Origin: Candidatus Latescibacterota bacterium
Lineage (GTDB): Bacteria; Latescibacterota; UBA2968
Length of the DNA stretch: 64,000 bases
NCBI GenBank assembly: GCA_965222605.1
Contig: OZ244960.1
Span: 896,001 to 960,000 of the forward strand
Reading direction: 5' to 3'
A model generated the notes under the pieces. It saw nothing but the letters and a program-made list of their open reading frames with translations, was not told where the DNA came from and did no database searches. Position numbers and translations under genes: made by a program. Of this stretch, positions 47,201 through 56,085 are shown piece by piece (the stretch's first letter is position 1; every line of letters starts with the position of its first letter).

Positions 47201-48991
47201 ATTGTCAATAGTATCGCATTCAGCCCGGATGGCAACACGCTCGCCAGTGCTGGAAAATCTTTTCTTAGTGGTATCATCCATCTATGGGATGCGGACACGG
47301 GACAGCACATGAGAAAAATCGAAGCTTTCGGCGCAGCAGGCGGAATCTGGAGTGTCGCATTCAGCCCGGATGGGAACACCCTCGTCGGTTCCACTCAGAT
47401 TCTCTCACGAGGCCATAGCGGCGATCTTTATTTGTGGGATGCGGACACAGGCACAGAGCAACGTTTAGAAAAGTCCGAGAGCGGGGATATTTTCTCTTCA
47501 GCGCCTACCTATTATTATAGCGTCGCGTTTAGTCCAGATGGCAGCACGCTGGTCAGTGGCGGCGGAAAGTTTTTTGGGGGAGGCAATATCGATCTGTGGG
47601 ATGCGGACACAGGACAGCACAAGCAGAGGCTCACAGGGCATGCGTGGCCTGTGCGGAAGGTCGCATTTAGCCCGGATGGGAAGAGGTTCGCCAGTGGAGG
47701 TGGGGAAGAACTCCTTCTGTGGGATGCTACGGGACTGCTCTTGAACACGGTCACAGGACATTCGTGGATGGGCCGCAGCGTCGCATTCAGCGCGGATGGC
47801 ACAATCGCAAGTGGCAATTGGGGCGGCACAATCGATCTGTGGGATGCGAATACAGAACAGCACAAGAAGAGGCTTCCAGGGCATGCATCTGCAGTCCGGA
47901 ACGTCGCGTTCAGCCCGGATGGTAGCACGCTCGCAAGTGTGGCGGGAAAAATAATTCGTCTGTGGGATGCAGTCACGGGACAGCGCAAGATGAGCCTCCC
48001 CAATAGATCCTATGGACAAAGCCCTGGCTCTGGCATTGGCATCGGCATTGGTGGCTTCGGCTTCGGTGACACCAGCGGCGGTCTCACTGGCATTAGACTT
48101 GGAGGCATCACCATTGGCTTTGGCCTTGGCGGCGGTAGTGGCGTTAGTGATCCCTACGCAAATGACCCTTTTATTTATTCGGTCGCGTTCTCAAGAGATG
48201 GCAGTATGCTTGCGGCTGGGTGTGGTGGAAGAGAATTTCCTGGTTGTATTGATTTTCGAAACGCTACCACAGGAGAGTTACTGCACAGGATTACAGGGCT
48301 TGAGGCGGATGTCTGGAGCGTCGCATTCAGTCCAGATGGCACGCTGGCCAGTGGAAGTACAGACGGCATCATTCGTCTGTGGGATACGACCAGCGAACAG
48401 CCCTTAAACGCATTCGAAGGGCATACGTCGGCAGTCTGGAGCGTCGCGTTCAGCTCAGATGGGAAGACACTCGCCAGTGGGGATGCAGACGGCATCATTC
48501 GCCTGTGGAATGTCACTACTGGACAACTCAAGCAGACACTCGAAGGTCATACGGATGATGTCCGAAGCATTGCGTTTAGCCCGGATGACAACATACTCGT
48601 CAGTGGGAGTTTGGACCGCACCATTCGTCTGTGGGATACTACCACCGGACAACCGGGGCAAACGCTTGAGGGACATCTATCGGAAGTCTGGAGCGTTGCA
48701 TTTAGCCGAGATGGCAGCATACTCGCCAGTGTGAGTTTGGATGGCACGATTCTGCTGTGGGACATGTCGCCGTATATCACATCTCAACCTCCTGCTCCGC
48801 CTCGACCTCCGACTCCCGACTTCGATGGCGATGGGACTATTGGCTTTCCCGACTTTTTGTTATTTGCGGCACAGTTCGGATTAAGTCGAGGCGATGCGGG
48901 CTATGACGCGCGGTATGATCTGGATGGCGATGGCACCATCGGGTTTGGTGATTTTCTGATCTTTGCCAACGCCTTTGGTAAAGAAGGATGA
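44231..48991 (+). CDS. secreted WD40-repeat protein with two Big_1-like Ig domains and C-terminal dockerin-like module
   Basis: RBS AGGAGG; signal ..DSLAQ; WD40 blocks separated by ISGDDQQG/ISGNDQQG Ig domains; PDFDGDGTIGFPDFLLF tail. Confidence 0.92.
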   Translation: MQKILLFNLILSFFFVQDSLAQTTLVGHRRDVTSVAFSSDGTILASGSEDDTIKLWDVATGRNIATLEGHTDYVTSVAFSHDGKLLASGSEDETVKLWDVATHTNTATLEGHTGEVLSVAFSHDGKTLASSGGYQDETVRLWDVATHTNTATLEGHTRGVLSVAFSHDGKLLASGSEDETVKLWDVATGRNTATFEEHTSDVASVAFSHDGTMLASGGARFDNTIKLWDVATRRNIATLRGHTSDVASVAFSPNGTTLASGGGKFDNTVKLWDVAGQYSFATFEHTDAVTSVAFSPDGTILASGSEDETVKLWDISESLVPRPFSLVIISGDDQQGTPGTALPNPLIVEVRDRDNNPLPDVQVTFTVTAGEGKLSGQFTVEHVTTNANGRAQRTLILGPGPGTHTFVGVSVLEGELLVTFNAVGTGTPDVLFLRNGLTEDTLVGHTSNVTSVAFSPHGTLLASGSDDGTVVLWDVATSTNTATLEDNIYGVDAMAFSHDGTTIATASIYSIKLWDVATGTNIATLEGKFFESVAFSPDGKTLASASWDGIKLWDIATRKTTLILEETPYGGVESVVFSPDGKTLATASDDGTIKLWDVATGNVFILKGHTDDVYSVAFSSDGTMLVSGSNDGTSKLWDVVRRTNTVTFEGHKDNVTSVGFSPDGATIVSGSEDGTVKLWDVATGTNIATLEGHTDEVLWVLSVAFSPHGTIVASGSSDNTVKLWDVAEAVQPQPAGLMIISGNDQQGTPGAALPNPLIVEVRDQYGNPLPGTQVTFTVTAGEGQFSGQLTVEHVTTDANGRAQGTLTLGPGPGTYTTVRVSAGQEFVIFTVGTPDTPRSRDGDYWTWHLPDGVTARLGKGWILDIAYSDDGARLAVGSGIGVWIYNALTGAEVDLLTEHTSVIRSVAFNPDGSTLAGGSWDGTIHLWDATTGQHLNTLTGHRSAVRSVAFNPDGSTLASGSQGGTIRLWDATTGQHLRVLTALDVFGNAEIVNSIAFSPDGNTLASAGKSFLSGIIHLWDADTGQHMRKIEAFGAAGGIWSVAFSPDGNTLVGSTQILSRGHSGDLYLWDADTGTEQRLEKSESGDIFSSAPTYYYSVAFSPDGSTLVSGGGKFFGGGNIDLWDADTGQHKQRLTGHAWPVRKVAFSPDGKRFASGGGEELLLWDATGLLLNTVTGHSWMGRSVAFSADGTIASGNWGGTIDLWDANTEQHKKRLPGHASAVRNVAFSPDGSTLASVAGKIIRLWDAVTGQRKMSLPNRSYGQSPGSGIGIGIGGFGFGDTSGGLTGIRLGGITIGFGLGGGSGVSDPYANDPFIYSVAFSRDGSMLAAGCGGREFPGCIDFRNATTGELLHRITGLEADVWSVAFSPDGTLASGSTDGIIRLWDTTSEQPLNAFEGHTSAVWSVAFSSDGKTLASGDADGIIRLWNVTTGQLKQTLEGHTDDVRSIAFSPDDNILVSGSLDRTIRLWDTTTGQPGQTLEGHLSEVWSVAFSRDGSILASVSLDGTILLWDMSPYITSQPPAPPRPPTPDFDGDGTIGFPDFLLFAAQFGLSRGDAGYDARYDLDGDGTIGFGDFLIFANAFGKEG

Positions 48992-49039
48992 TAGAGAATA
49001 TGCGCTATGATTTGCGTTCTCTATTTGGCAAAGTCGCAG
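48971..49039 (+). repeat. 69-bp gene-end/hairpin repeat (partner 53099-53167), possible terminator
   Basis: One mismatch between the copies; contains an ATAGAGAA...TTCTCTAT stem directly after the stop codon. Confidence 0.75.
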
Positions 49040-49159
49040 AAGGAGTTACTTGATGTGTCCTCCTGTCCACAGTGCAGCAGAAGTATCCAACCCATCTAAC
49101 AGCGAGATGGTTATCTGTTGCTTAGTGCAGGAACCGGGCGAGGGCAGAGGAACAGACTC

Positions 49160-50503
49160 ATGAAAACGCCAGCTATGAATTATAAATTTCTCTTACTGAT
49201 TTTAGTCTTGGCGGCCTTCGCACAAGGTATCGGCTATGGGCAAGAACCTGTCTCCCCTGTGAATGAATCAGGGACGGATGCCACATTAAGCAGGCTGACG
49301 GCCAGCCCGGTGGACATTGTCGGCTTCGACAGCGATGTAACCGAATACCATGTCGGCGTTGCGAACACAGTAACACAGGTCTCCATAACGGCTACCGCCA
49401 CAGATGCAGGCGCAACCATCGAGATAGGTAAGAGTGAGACAGATAAGAACACCGCCGCCAGTGGTTCGGTGCAGGTGATTTTGCTGGATGAGGGTCGGAA
49501 CACCGTGTATGTATGGGTTACGTCCCAGAGCGGAACTATAAAGAAAATCTATACAATCACAGTGGGCAGGAGCGTCGATTCTGCGTACGGCTGGAAGGCC
49601 ATTGACGACTTCAACACGCTGCGTGCTGCTGGAAACCGAAGCATTGACGGTATCTGGTCGGACGGAACGACCATGTGGGTGGCGGACGAAAGCGGCGACG
49701 AGAAATTGTATGCCTATGACATGATATCCAAGGAGCATGTTCCGGAAAAAGACATCAATACACTGGATGCCGCCGATAACGACGCCCCGGACGGCATCTG
49801 GTCGGACGGAACGACCATGTATGTCGCGGACGACCCGTCCTTCTTCGAGAAGATTTATGCGTACGACATGGCGACCGGGGCCCGGGACCGCGACAAAGAC
49901 ATCAATGCGCTGGAAATTTCTGGAAACGACAACCCGGAAGGCATCTGGTCGGATGGAACGACCATGTGGGTGGCGGACATCTCTGACGAGAAATTGTATG
50001 CCTATGACATGACGTCTAAGGAGCGTGTGCCGGACAAGGACTTTAATACGCTGGATGCCGCCGGAAACGACGACCCGACGGGCATCTGGTCGGATGGAAC
50101 GACCATGTGGGTGGCGGACGACTGGGACGAGAAATTGTATGCCTATGACATGATGTCTAAAGAGCGTGTCCCGGACAAAGACTTCAATACACTGAAATCT
50201 GCTGGAAACGGTGGCCCGGAAGGCATCTGGTCGGATGGGACGACCATGTGGGTGGCGGACGACTGGGACGAAAAGATCTATGCCTACAACATGCCGTCCA
50301 ACGGAGGCACCACAGCGGGTGTGACCGACTTCAATGGCGACGGTCAAACCGATTTGGCTGACTTCTTACTGTTTGTCGAACAGTTCGGATTAAGTCGTGG
50401 CGATGCGGGGTATGATGCGCGGTATGATCTGGATGGCGATGGCAGCATCGGATTTGGTGATTTTCTGATCTTTGCCAACGCCTTTGGTCAGGAAGGGACA
50501 TAG
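49160..50503 (+). CDS. secreted protein: cadherin-like beta-sandwich + GIWSDGTTMWVAD beta-propeller repeats + dockerin-like module
   Basis: DATLSRL..FDSDVTEYHV..YTITV domain; five GIWSDGTTM(W/Y)VAD..K(L/I)YAY repeats; TDFNGDGQTDLADFLLF tail; start at 49160 or 49175. Confidence 0.88.
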   Translation: MKTPAMNYKFLLLILVLAAFAQGIGYGQEPVSPVNESGTDATLSRLTASPVDIVGFDSDVTEYHVGVANTVTQVSITATATDAGATIEIGKSETDKNTAASGSVQVILLDEGRNTVYVWVTSQSGTIKKIYTITVGRSVDSAYGWKAIDDFNTLRAAGNRSIDGIWSDGTTMWVADESGDEKLYAYDMISKEHVPEKDINTLDAADNDAPDGIWSDGTTMYVADDPSFFEKIYAYDMATGARDRDKDINALEISGNDNPEGIWSDGTTMWVADISDEKLYAYDMTSKERVPDKDFNTLDAAGNDDPTGIWSDGTTMWVADDWDEKLYAYDMMSKERVPDKDFNTLKSAGNGGPEGIWSDGTTMWVADDWDEKIYAYNMPSNGGTTAGVTDFNGDGQTDLADFLLFVEQFGLSRGDAGYDARYDLDGDGSIGFGDFLIFANAFGQEGT

Positions 50504-50581
50504 AATTGACCTATCTCTGTATCCGCCTATTTATATTAATCAGATATAGAAATCTTGCATTAGGTTCTCGAAACTGGGTAA

Positions 50582-50642
50582 TCGCGGCAGGGATGCCGCT
50601 CCCACAGTAAGCGAGTTGTAGGAGGGAAATCCTTTTCCCGAC
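50582..50642. repeat. REP doublet (same two REP variants as at 18038-18092)
   Basis: GTGGGA-GCGGCA-TCCC-TGCCGC-GA (minus strand) and GTAGGA-GGGAAA-TCCT-TTTCCC-GA (plus strand): GTAG/GTGG-type hairpin REPs. Confidence 0.8.
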
Positions 50643-50773
50643 TCTGCGACAGCTTGAGCAGGCAACAGACCATGCAAAGTTAATTCTTATCGATCAGCTA
50701 TGCGTCGCCCCCGCTGGTCGATAGCGTGCATTTCTGCCTGCCGTTCGATTACGCGCAGTGGCAACGCGATCAC

Positions 50774-51016
50774 CCCCGTGCTGCGTCGCGTGATCCGTTG
50801 AGCTCGATCCAGTCTCTGTCCGATCTGGGCTACATCGTCAATGTCGGCCAGGCAGACGCGTACACGCTACCCTCTCCTGCCGCTGCTAAATTGGCGATAG
50901 CATCTGAGCATCAGGTCCCGATTAACTGCATCATAATAGAACCCATCGGCGAGATTGATGAGTACAAGCCAATCGAGTTGAAACCCAGGCGCTTGAGGAT
51001 ACGTGAGGATCAATGA
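50774..51016 (+). pseudogene. 3' remnant of a giant adhesin-protease gene
   Basis: Near-identical to about 43950-44199 (IQSLSDLGYIVNVGQADAYTLPSP..EDQ*); upstream part is unrelated sequence. Confidence 0.88.
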
Positions 51017-51097
51017 AATTCCAGTGCTGAGATACAATGCTAAATCTTATAGATCACCCTTAATAACTGCACCATTTACAATTTCAAGGAGACAGCA

Positions 51098-53119
51098 ATG
51101 AAAAACACAATTTTCAATCGAAAAGTCATTGTGTCGATTCTCGTCGTGATGCTGGCGATATGCGGCTTTCCAGGTATGAGCTATGGGTTCTTTGATGATC
51201 TTCTCGATATTTTCGTAGATATTGTCGAAGGCATTGGCAATGTCACCGTCGGGGTGGTCAACCTCGCCGTCGGGGTGACCGATCTCGCCGTTGGAGTTGC
51301 CGATCTCGCCGTCAGTCTCGCGCTCACACATGTCGGGCATACAGATTGTGTCTTGAGCACGGTCTTCAGCCCGGATGGAGCGACACTGGCCAGTGGCAGT
51401 TGCGACTTCACAGTTCTCTTGTGGGATCCCACTGGGCTAATCAGAGTCACCCTGCTGCATCAGTCTCCCGTCTGGAGCACAGCCTTCTGTCCCATCAATA
51501 ACTGTACGCTGGCCAGTGGGACCGAGAACGGCAACCTGCACTTGTGGTTCTCCGACACAGGACAACTCAAAACCACGCTCACAGGGCATACCGCCGCTGT
51601 CCTGAGCACGGTCTTTAGTCCTGTTGATCACAATGTGTTGGCCAGTGGGAGCGCAGATGGAACCATTCGTCTTTGGAATGCCGAAACCGGCGCGCACCAG
51701 CGAACACTTACCGGCCATGCGGACAGTGTCTCGAGTATTGCCTTCCGCCTCGACGGCAGCATGCTCGCCAGTGGGAGCGCAGATGGAACCATTCGTCTTT
51801 GGAATGCCGAAACCGGCGCGCACCAGCGAACACTCACCGGACATACAGGGACCGTCAGGAGCGTAACCTTCAGTATCGATGGCAGCATGCTCGCCAGCGG
51901 AAGTGCGGACGGCACGGTGCGCCTATGGAATCCCCTCGACGGAGAACACCTGACCACGCTCGATCACAAGTCTCCTGTCCTGAGCGTTGCCTTCAGTCCC
52001 GGTGACAGCCTGTTCGCCAGTGGCAGTGCAGATGGCACGGCGCGTTTGTGGGACCCCCTCACCTGGAAAGTCAAGGCCACGCTGGGGCATGAGTCTCCCG
52101 TCTGGAGCATCGCCTTCAGTCCCGATGGCAGCATGCTCGCCAGCGGGGCAGAGGACGGCAAGGTACGCCAGTGGGAACTCACGTCCATAGCCGTGTGTTG
52201 TGACCGGGACTCCGATAAAGATTTCAATATGCTGGATGCGGCGAGAAACGACCACCCTACAAACATCTGGTCGGATGGAACGACCATGTGGGTCGCGGAC
52301 AGATTTGACGATAAGTTATACGCATACAACCTGACCTCCAGAACCCGGGATGCAGCCAAAGACTTCAACGCCTTGCGTGCCGCCGGAAACCGTGGGCCTG
52401 AGGGTATCTGGTCGAACGGGACAACCATGTGGGTCGCGGACTCTTTCGACAAGAAAATTTATGCCTACGACATGAACTCCAGAGCACGGGATTCTGGCAA
52501 GGATTCCAATTCCCTGCGTGCCGCTGGAAACCGTCATCCAGGGGGTATCTGGTCGGATGGAACGACCATGTGGGTATCAGACATCTTTGACCATAAGATA
52601 TATGCCTACAACATGAACTCCAGAGCACGGGATTCTGACAAGGATTTCAATTCCCTGCGTGCTGCTGGAAACCGTCATCCACGGGGGATCTGGTCGGATG
52701 GAACGACCATGTGGGTCGCGGACAGATTTGACGATAAGTTATACGCATACAACCTGACCTCCAGAACCCGGGATGCAGCCAAAGACTTCTACTCCCTGCG
52801 CGGCAACGGAAATACCTGGCCAGAGGGCATCTGGTCGGACGGGACAACCATGTGGGTAGGGGACAAATTTGATAGGAAGCTATACGCCTACGACATGCCG
52901 TCCACCGGGTCCACGACCGAAACACCGGTAGCGCAAGCACCGACCGATTTCAATGGCGATGGCATTGTTGATATTCCCGATTTTTTGCTATTTGTAGATC
53001 ATTTCGGGTTACGTCAAGGCGATGCGGGGTATGATGCGCAGTATGATCTGGATGGCGATGGCAGCATTGGTATTAGCGATTTTCTGATCTTTGTGGATGC
53101 CTTTGGTAAAGAAGGATGA
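51098..53119 (+). CDS. secreted protein: WD40 propeller + GIWSDG repeats + dockerin-like module
   Basis: RBS AAGGAG; signal peptide; 7 WD40 repeats; 5 (G/N)IWS(D/N)GTTMWV repeats; TDFNGDGIVDIPDFLLF tail. Confidence 0.9.
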   Translation: MKNTIFNRKVIVSILVVMLAICGFPGMSYGFFDDLLDIFVDIVEGIGNVTVGVVNLAVGVTDLAVGVADLAVSLALTHVGHTDCVLSTVFSPDGATLASGSCDFTVLLWDPTGLIRVTLLHQSPVWSTAFCPINNCTLASGTENGNLHLWFSDTGQLKTTLTGHTAAVLSTVFSPVDHNVLASGSADGTIRLWNAETGAHQRTLTGHADSVSSIAFRLDGSMLASGSADGTIRLWNAETGAHQRTLTGHTGTVRSVTFSIDGSMLASGSADGTVRLWNPLDGEHLTTLDHKSPVLSVAFSPGDSLFASGSADGTARLWDPLTWKVKATLGHESPVWSIAFSPDGSMLASGAEDGKVRQWELTSIAVCCDRDSDKDFNMLDAARNDHPTNIWSDGTTMWVADRFDDKLYAYNLTSRTRDAAKDFNALRAAGNRGPEGIWSNGTTMWVADSFDKKIYAYDMNSRARDSGKDSNSLRAAGNRHPGGIWSDGTTMWVSDIFDHKIYAYNMNSRARDSDKDFNSLRAAGNRHPRGIWSDGTTMWVADRFDDKLYAYNLTSRTRDAAKDFYSLRGNGNTWPEGIWSDGTTMWVGDKFDRKLYAYDMPSTGSTTETPVAQAPTDFNGDGIVDIPDFLLFVDHFGLRQGDAGYDAQYDLDGDGSIGISDFLIFVDAFGKEG

Positions 53120-53323
53120 TAGAGAATATGCGCTATGATTTGCGCTCTCTATTTGGCAAAGTCGCAGTCTGAAATTGCTAGCAGTTTGATACAAAGGAGG
53201 ATGCCTGAGCGGGTACAGGTGGTCACCAACAAGGGGGTTGATCTCTGTATTTTTGTATAGTATTTCTACTTTATGTCACATAACTTGAGTTATATAAATT
53301 GATAATTTTTTGAGAATCGGTTG

Positions 53324-54766
53324 ATGCGCTCATTTTTATTTTTTTTTCCTTTGTGTGTCTTTGTCTTTTTGTTTTGCACCCCCAAAGACGCGCATACCTC
53401 AACTTCGGTGACGCACACTGACAGTCTTTACAAACACGATCCCTACGATATATCGCAAGCCAGAGTTACCGACAGTACGGATGTCTATGTTACAAAAGCT
53501 TCAAAAGTGAAATATCTCTTGCGATCCCCCCGGTATATCTTGCTAACGATGATCTCTCCTTTGGAGAAATTCGCTATTCAAGTAGAGTATGCCAAACTAT
53601 GGGTTCGCTACTATAAATTTTTCACCAATAAAACGGGTACATTTGGTCTTTTCCCGCACGGGCAATTGGGAGGGGAAACGGGTACAGGGGTCGGGGTGCG
53701 TCTTTTTTACACCAATATCCTGGGGCGTAAGAACGCATTGACTGCACACTATATCTATTCGGGCGAGCAGGGGCAATTTTGCGAAGGTCTGTATATTGAT
53801 CCCAATCTATTGGACACGGGGCTTATTTGGGAAATTCAGGGTGGATATTTGCAAACCAAAAATAGAAATGCCAATATAAACGGCGCAATAGATGACGAAT
53901 CGAGGCTTTTTGAACTCAAAAAAGTTGATGTTGAGACCTCTGTTGAATGGCGTTTGAAAACGAATGAGATCGCATCTTTTGCGCCGCAGTTTAAAATAGT
54001 GGGCAGGCTCGGGTTTTCGCAGCGCGATTTTATGCCTGTATTGGGTGGATTGCAGCCGCTTTCCGACCCGGGATCATCACCACAGGCTCGTCTGCTTAAG
54101 AGGTTGGGCACAAAATTCAAATTTTATCGCTTTGGACTTCAGGTGATGTATGATGACCGCGATTATAAAAAACCAGTTCGCCAGCTTTCTCATCCACCCA
54201 ATTATCGATTTCCAGGCAGGATAGTTACACAATTTGGAGATCAGTTTTATTTTGCAAGAGATATTGGATATCCCGAACGCGGTGGATTTACTACCTTAGA
54301 AAGTGACTGGGTGACAGGTCCTGATCGCATTGCGTTCTACAAGATACGCGCAGAAGCTGCCCGTTATATCACGCTGTTCTGGAAGAACCGAATTCTGGTT
54401 CTGCACGCACGGATGGATAAAATGCGGTCAATTGGGGATGGATTTGTCCCTTATACCGAGTTGATTCAATTGGGTGGCAATGAATCGGCGCGCGGATACA
54501 CACGCGGTTATTTTCGCGGACAGGGAGCATTGCAATTTAATGTGGAGTACCGATATCCAATATGGGATTATTCGAATGTGTTTTTATTTTGGGATGAAGG
54601 GCAAATTTTCGACCATTTTGGCGATTTGAGGTGGGGAGGGTTCCATTCTTCGTGGGGCGGTGGCATTGCATTTCGAACGGAGGTCAATTTGCTCGGCAAA
54701 ATCAAAATTGGGCATAGTACTGCCGAGTGCTTCCTCATCGGATTTACGATGAGTCAGGCATTTTAG
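53324..54766 (+). CDS. Omp85/BamA-TamA family barrel protein without obvious POTRA
   Basis: LGGNESARGYTRGYFRG (loop-6 RGY motif), FNVEYRYPI, FWDEGQIF, SWGGGIAF, terminal F. Confidence 0.85.
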   Translation: MRSFLFFFPLCVFVFLFCTPKDAHTSTSVTHTDSLYKHDPYDISQARVTDSTDVYVTKASKVKYLLRSPRYILLTMISPLEKFAIQVEYAKLWVRYYKFFTNKTGTFGLFPHGQLGGETGTGVGVRLFYTNILGRKNALTAHYIYSGEQGQFCEGLYIDPNLLDTGLIWEIQGGYLQTKNRNANINGAIDDESRLFELKKVDVETSVEWRLKTNEIASFAPQFKIVGRLGFSQRDFMPVLGGLQPLSDPGSSPQARLLKRLGTKFKFYRFGLQVMYDDRDYKKPVRQLSHPPNYRFPGRIVTQFGDQFYFARDIGYPERGGFTTLESDWVTGPDRIAFYKIRAEAARYITLFWKNRILVLHARMDKMRSIGDGFVPYTELIQLGGNESARGYTRGYFRGQGALQFNVEYRYPIWDYSNVFLFWDEGQIFDHFGDLRWGGFHSSWGGGIAFRTEVNLLGKIKIGHSTAECFLIGFTMSQAF

Positions 54767-56085
54767 AAGACGCGGGGAAGACATTCTTTATGAAAAAGGA
54801 TTTAAATAAATTGTGGGTATGGGTGCTTATGGCCTGTGTTGCTGCCGAGGTTGAAGCGATCGACCGCCATTTATCAACTGCGCCAATCAAGTGGTTTGAT
54901 CCCGATAATCGCAGTGTTGCTCAACCCAAAGTAATTAAAAGGAATCTGATATGGGACATGGTCGATCACTCTTTTGTTTATCCAATGACTAAGAAACTGG
55001 ATTTGGGATGGAGTGCGCGGCGGGTCGGAAATATTCTGAATATTGCGCCAACTCGTCAGGCAGATAATATCAATGTGCTGGATGAAGTACCCAATTCATC
55101 GTGGTACACGAATCGGCATTTTCTTGTGCGGATGGATGCAGTGGTATTGGCCAAAGGGCCGGGGCACGCGCATCCAGATACGAGCGGTTCATGGGAGATT
55201 ATATCGGGAAATTTTGAGAGCCAGGCGCCTGAGTTTACAATTCAGGACGCAAAAGAGGATGTTTATTTTTTGAAGTTTGATACCAAAGGTTATGAGGAAC
55301 TGGCGACAACTGCCGAGGTTGTATCGACAAAAATTCTGTATGCCGCGGGCTATCACGTACCGCAAAATTCCGTTGTTTTTTTTCGGCCAGAGTGGCTTAC
55401 CATCGGTTCTGAGGCGGAGGTGGTTGATGGTGAGGGAAGGCGCAGGTCCATGACAGATGCAGACTTGCAAAATATACTGTCTTCTATTGAAAAGCAAGCT
55501 AAGGGGCATATCCGGTGCCTGGCAAGCAAGAGATTAACGGGTATTCCTCTCGGTGTTTTTGATTTTCACGGTCGGCGGAAAGACGATCCCAATGATCGCG
55601 TGAAACACCAGCATCGGAGGGAGTTACGAGGGTTGCGAGCGATCTCTTCGTGGATCAATGATGTAGATAGACGTGCAGCCAACACCCTGAATATGTTTGT
55701 GACTGATGAACAGGGACGTCAATATATCAAACATTATTTGATCAATATGGACGCGACTTTGGGTAGTAGTTCGGTGCGGCCTCACACGCCCAGGTCAGGA
55801 AATGAGTATTTTGTCGATTTTCGCTATATTGTTCCATCAGTTTTGGGTCTGGGGCTGTATCGAAAGGCGTGGGAAGATGCAAAGCCCATACATTTTCCAT
55901 CAATTGGTTATTTGGAGAGCGATGTATTTTCGCCCAGACGGTGGGTTACCAATTATCCCAATCCGGCTTTTCAGCGGTGATTGCTATAATAAAGGGTAAA
56001 GAAAAAAGTTGAGTAAACAGGCCATAGTTGCCAAATTCGAAGATTGCAAAAAAACCATTTAATTATCTTCTTCGAGGAGGCAACC

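Noticed and set aside
50726-50773. Start of a 96-aa stand-alone gene
   Set aside because: Only the portion from about 50774 is homologous to the giant-gene tail; no RBS; treated as a pseudogene
43950-51016. DGR template/variable repeat pair (giant gene 3' end vs 50774-51016)
   Set aside because: No reverse transcriptase, and the differences are not adenine-specific; better explained as a deletion remnant
20891-53119. Type IX secretion C-terminal sorting domains on the large proteins
   Set aside because: No YPNPF/N..GxY-type CTD at any C-terminus; they end in dockerin-like or protease-tail sequences
20988-53194. Many 60-360 aa antisense and alternate-frame ORFs inside the WD40 and giant repeat genes
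   Set aside because: Shadow ORFs produced by repetitive, codon-biased sense genes; no RBS or independent motifs
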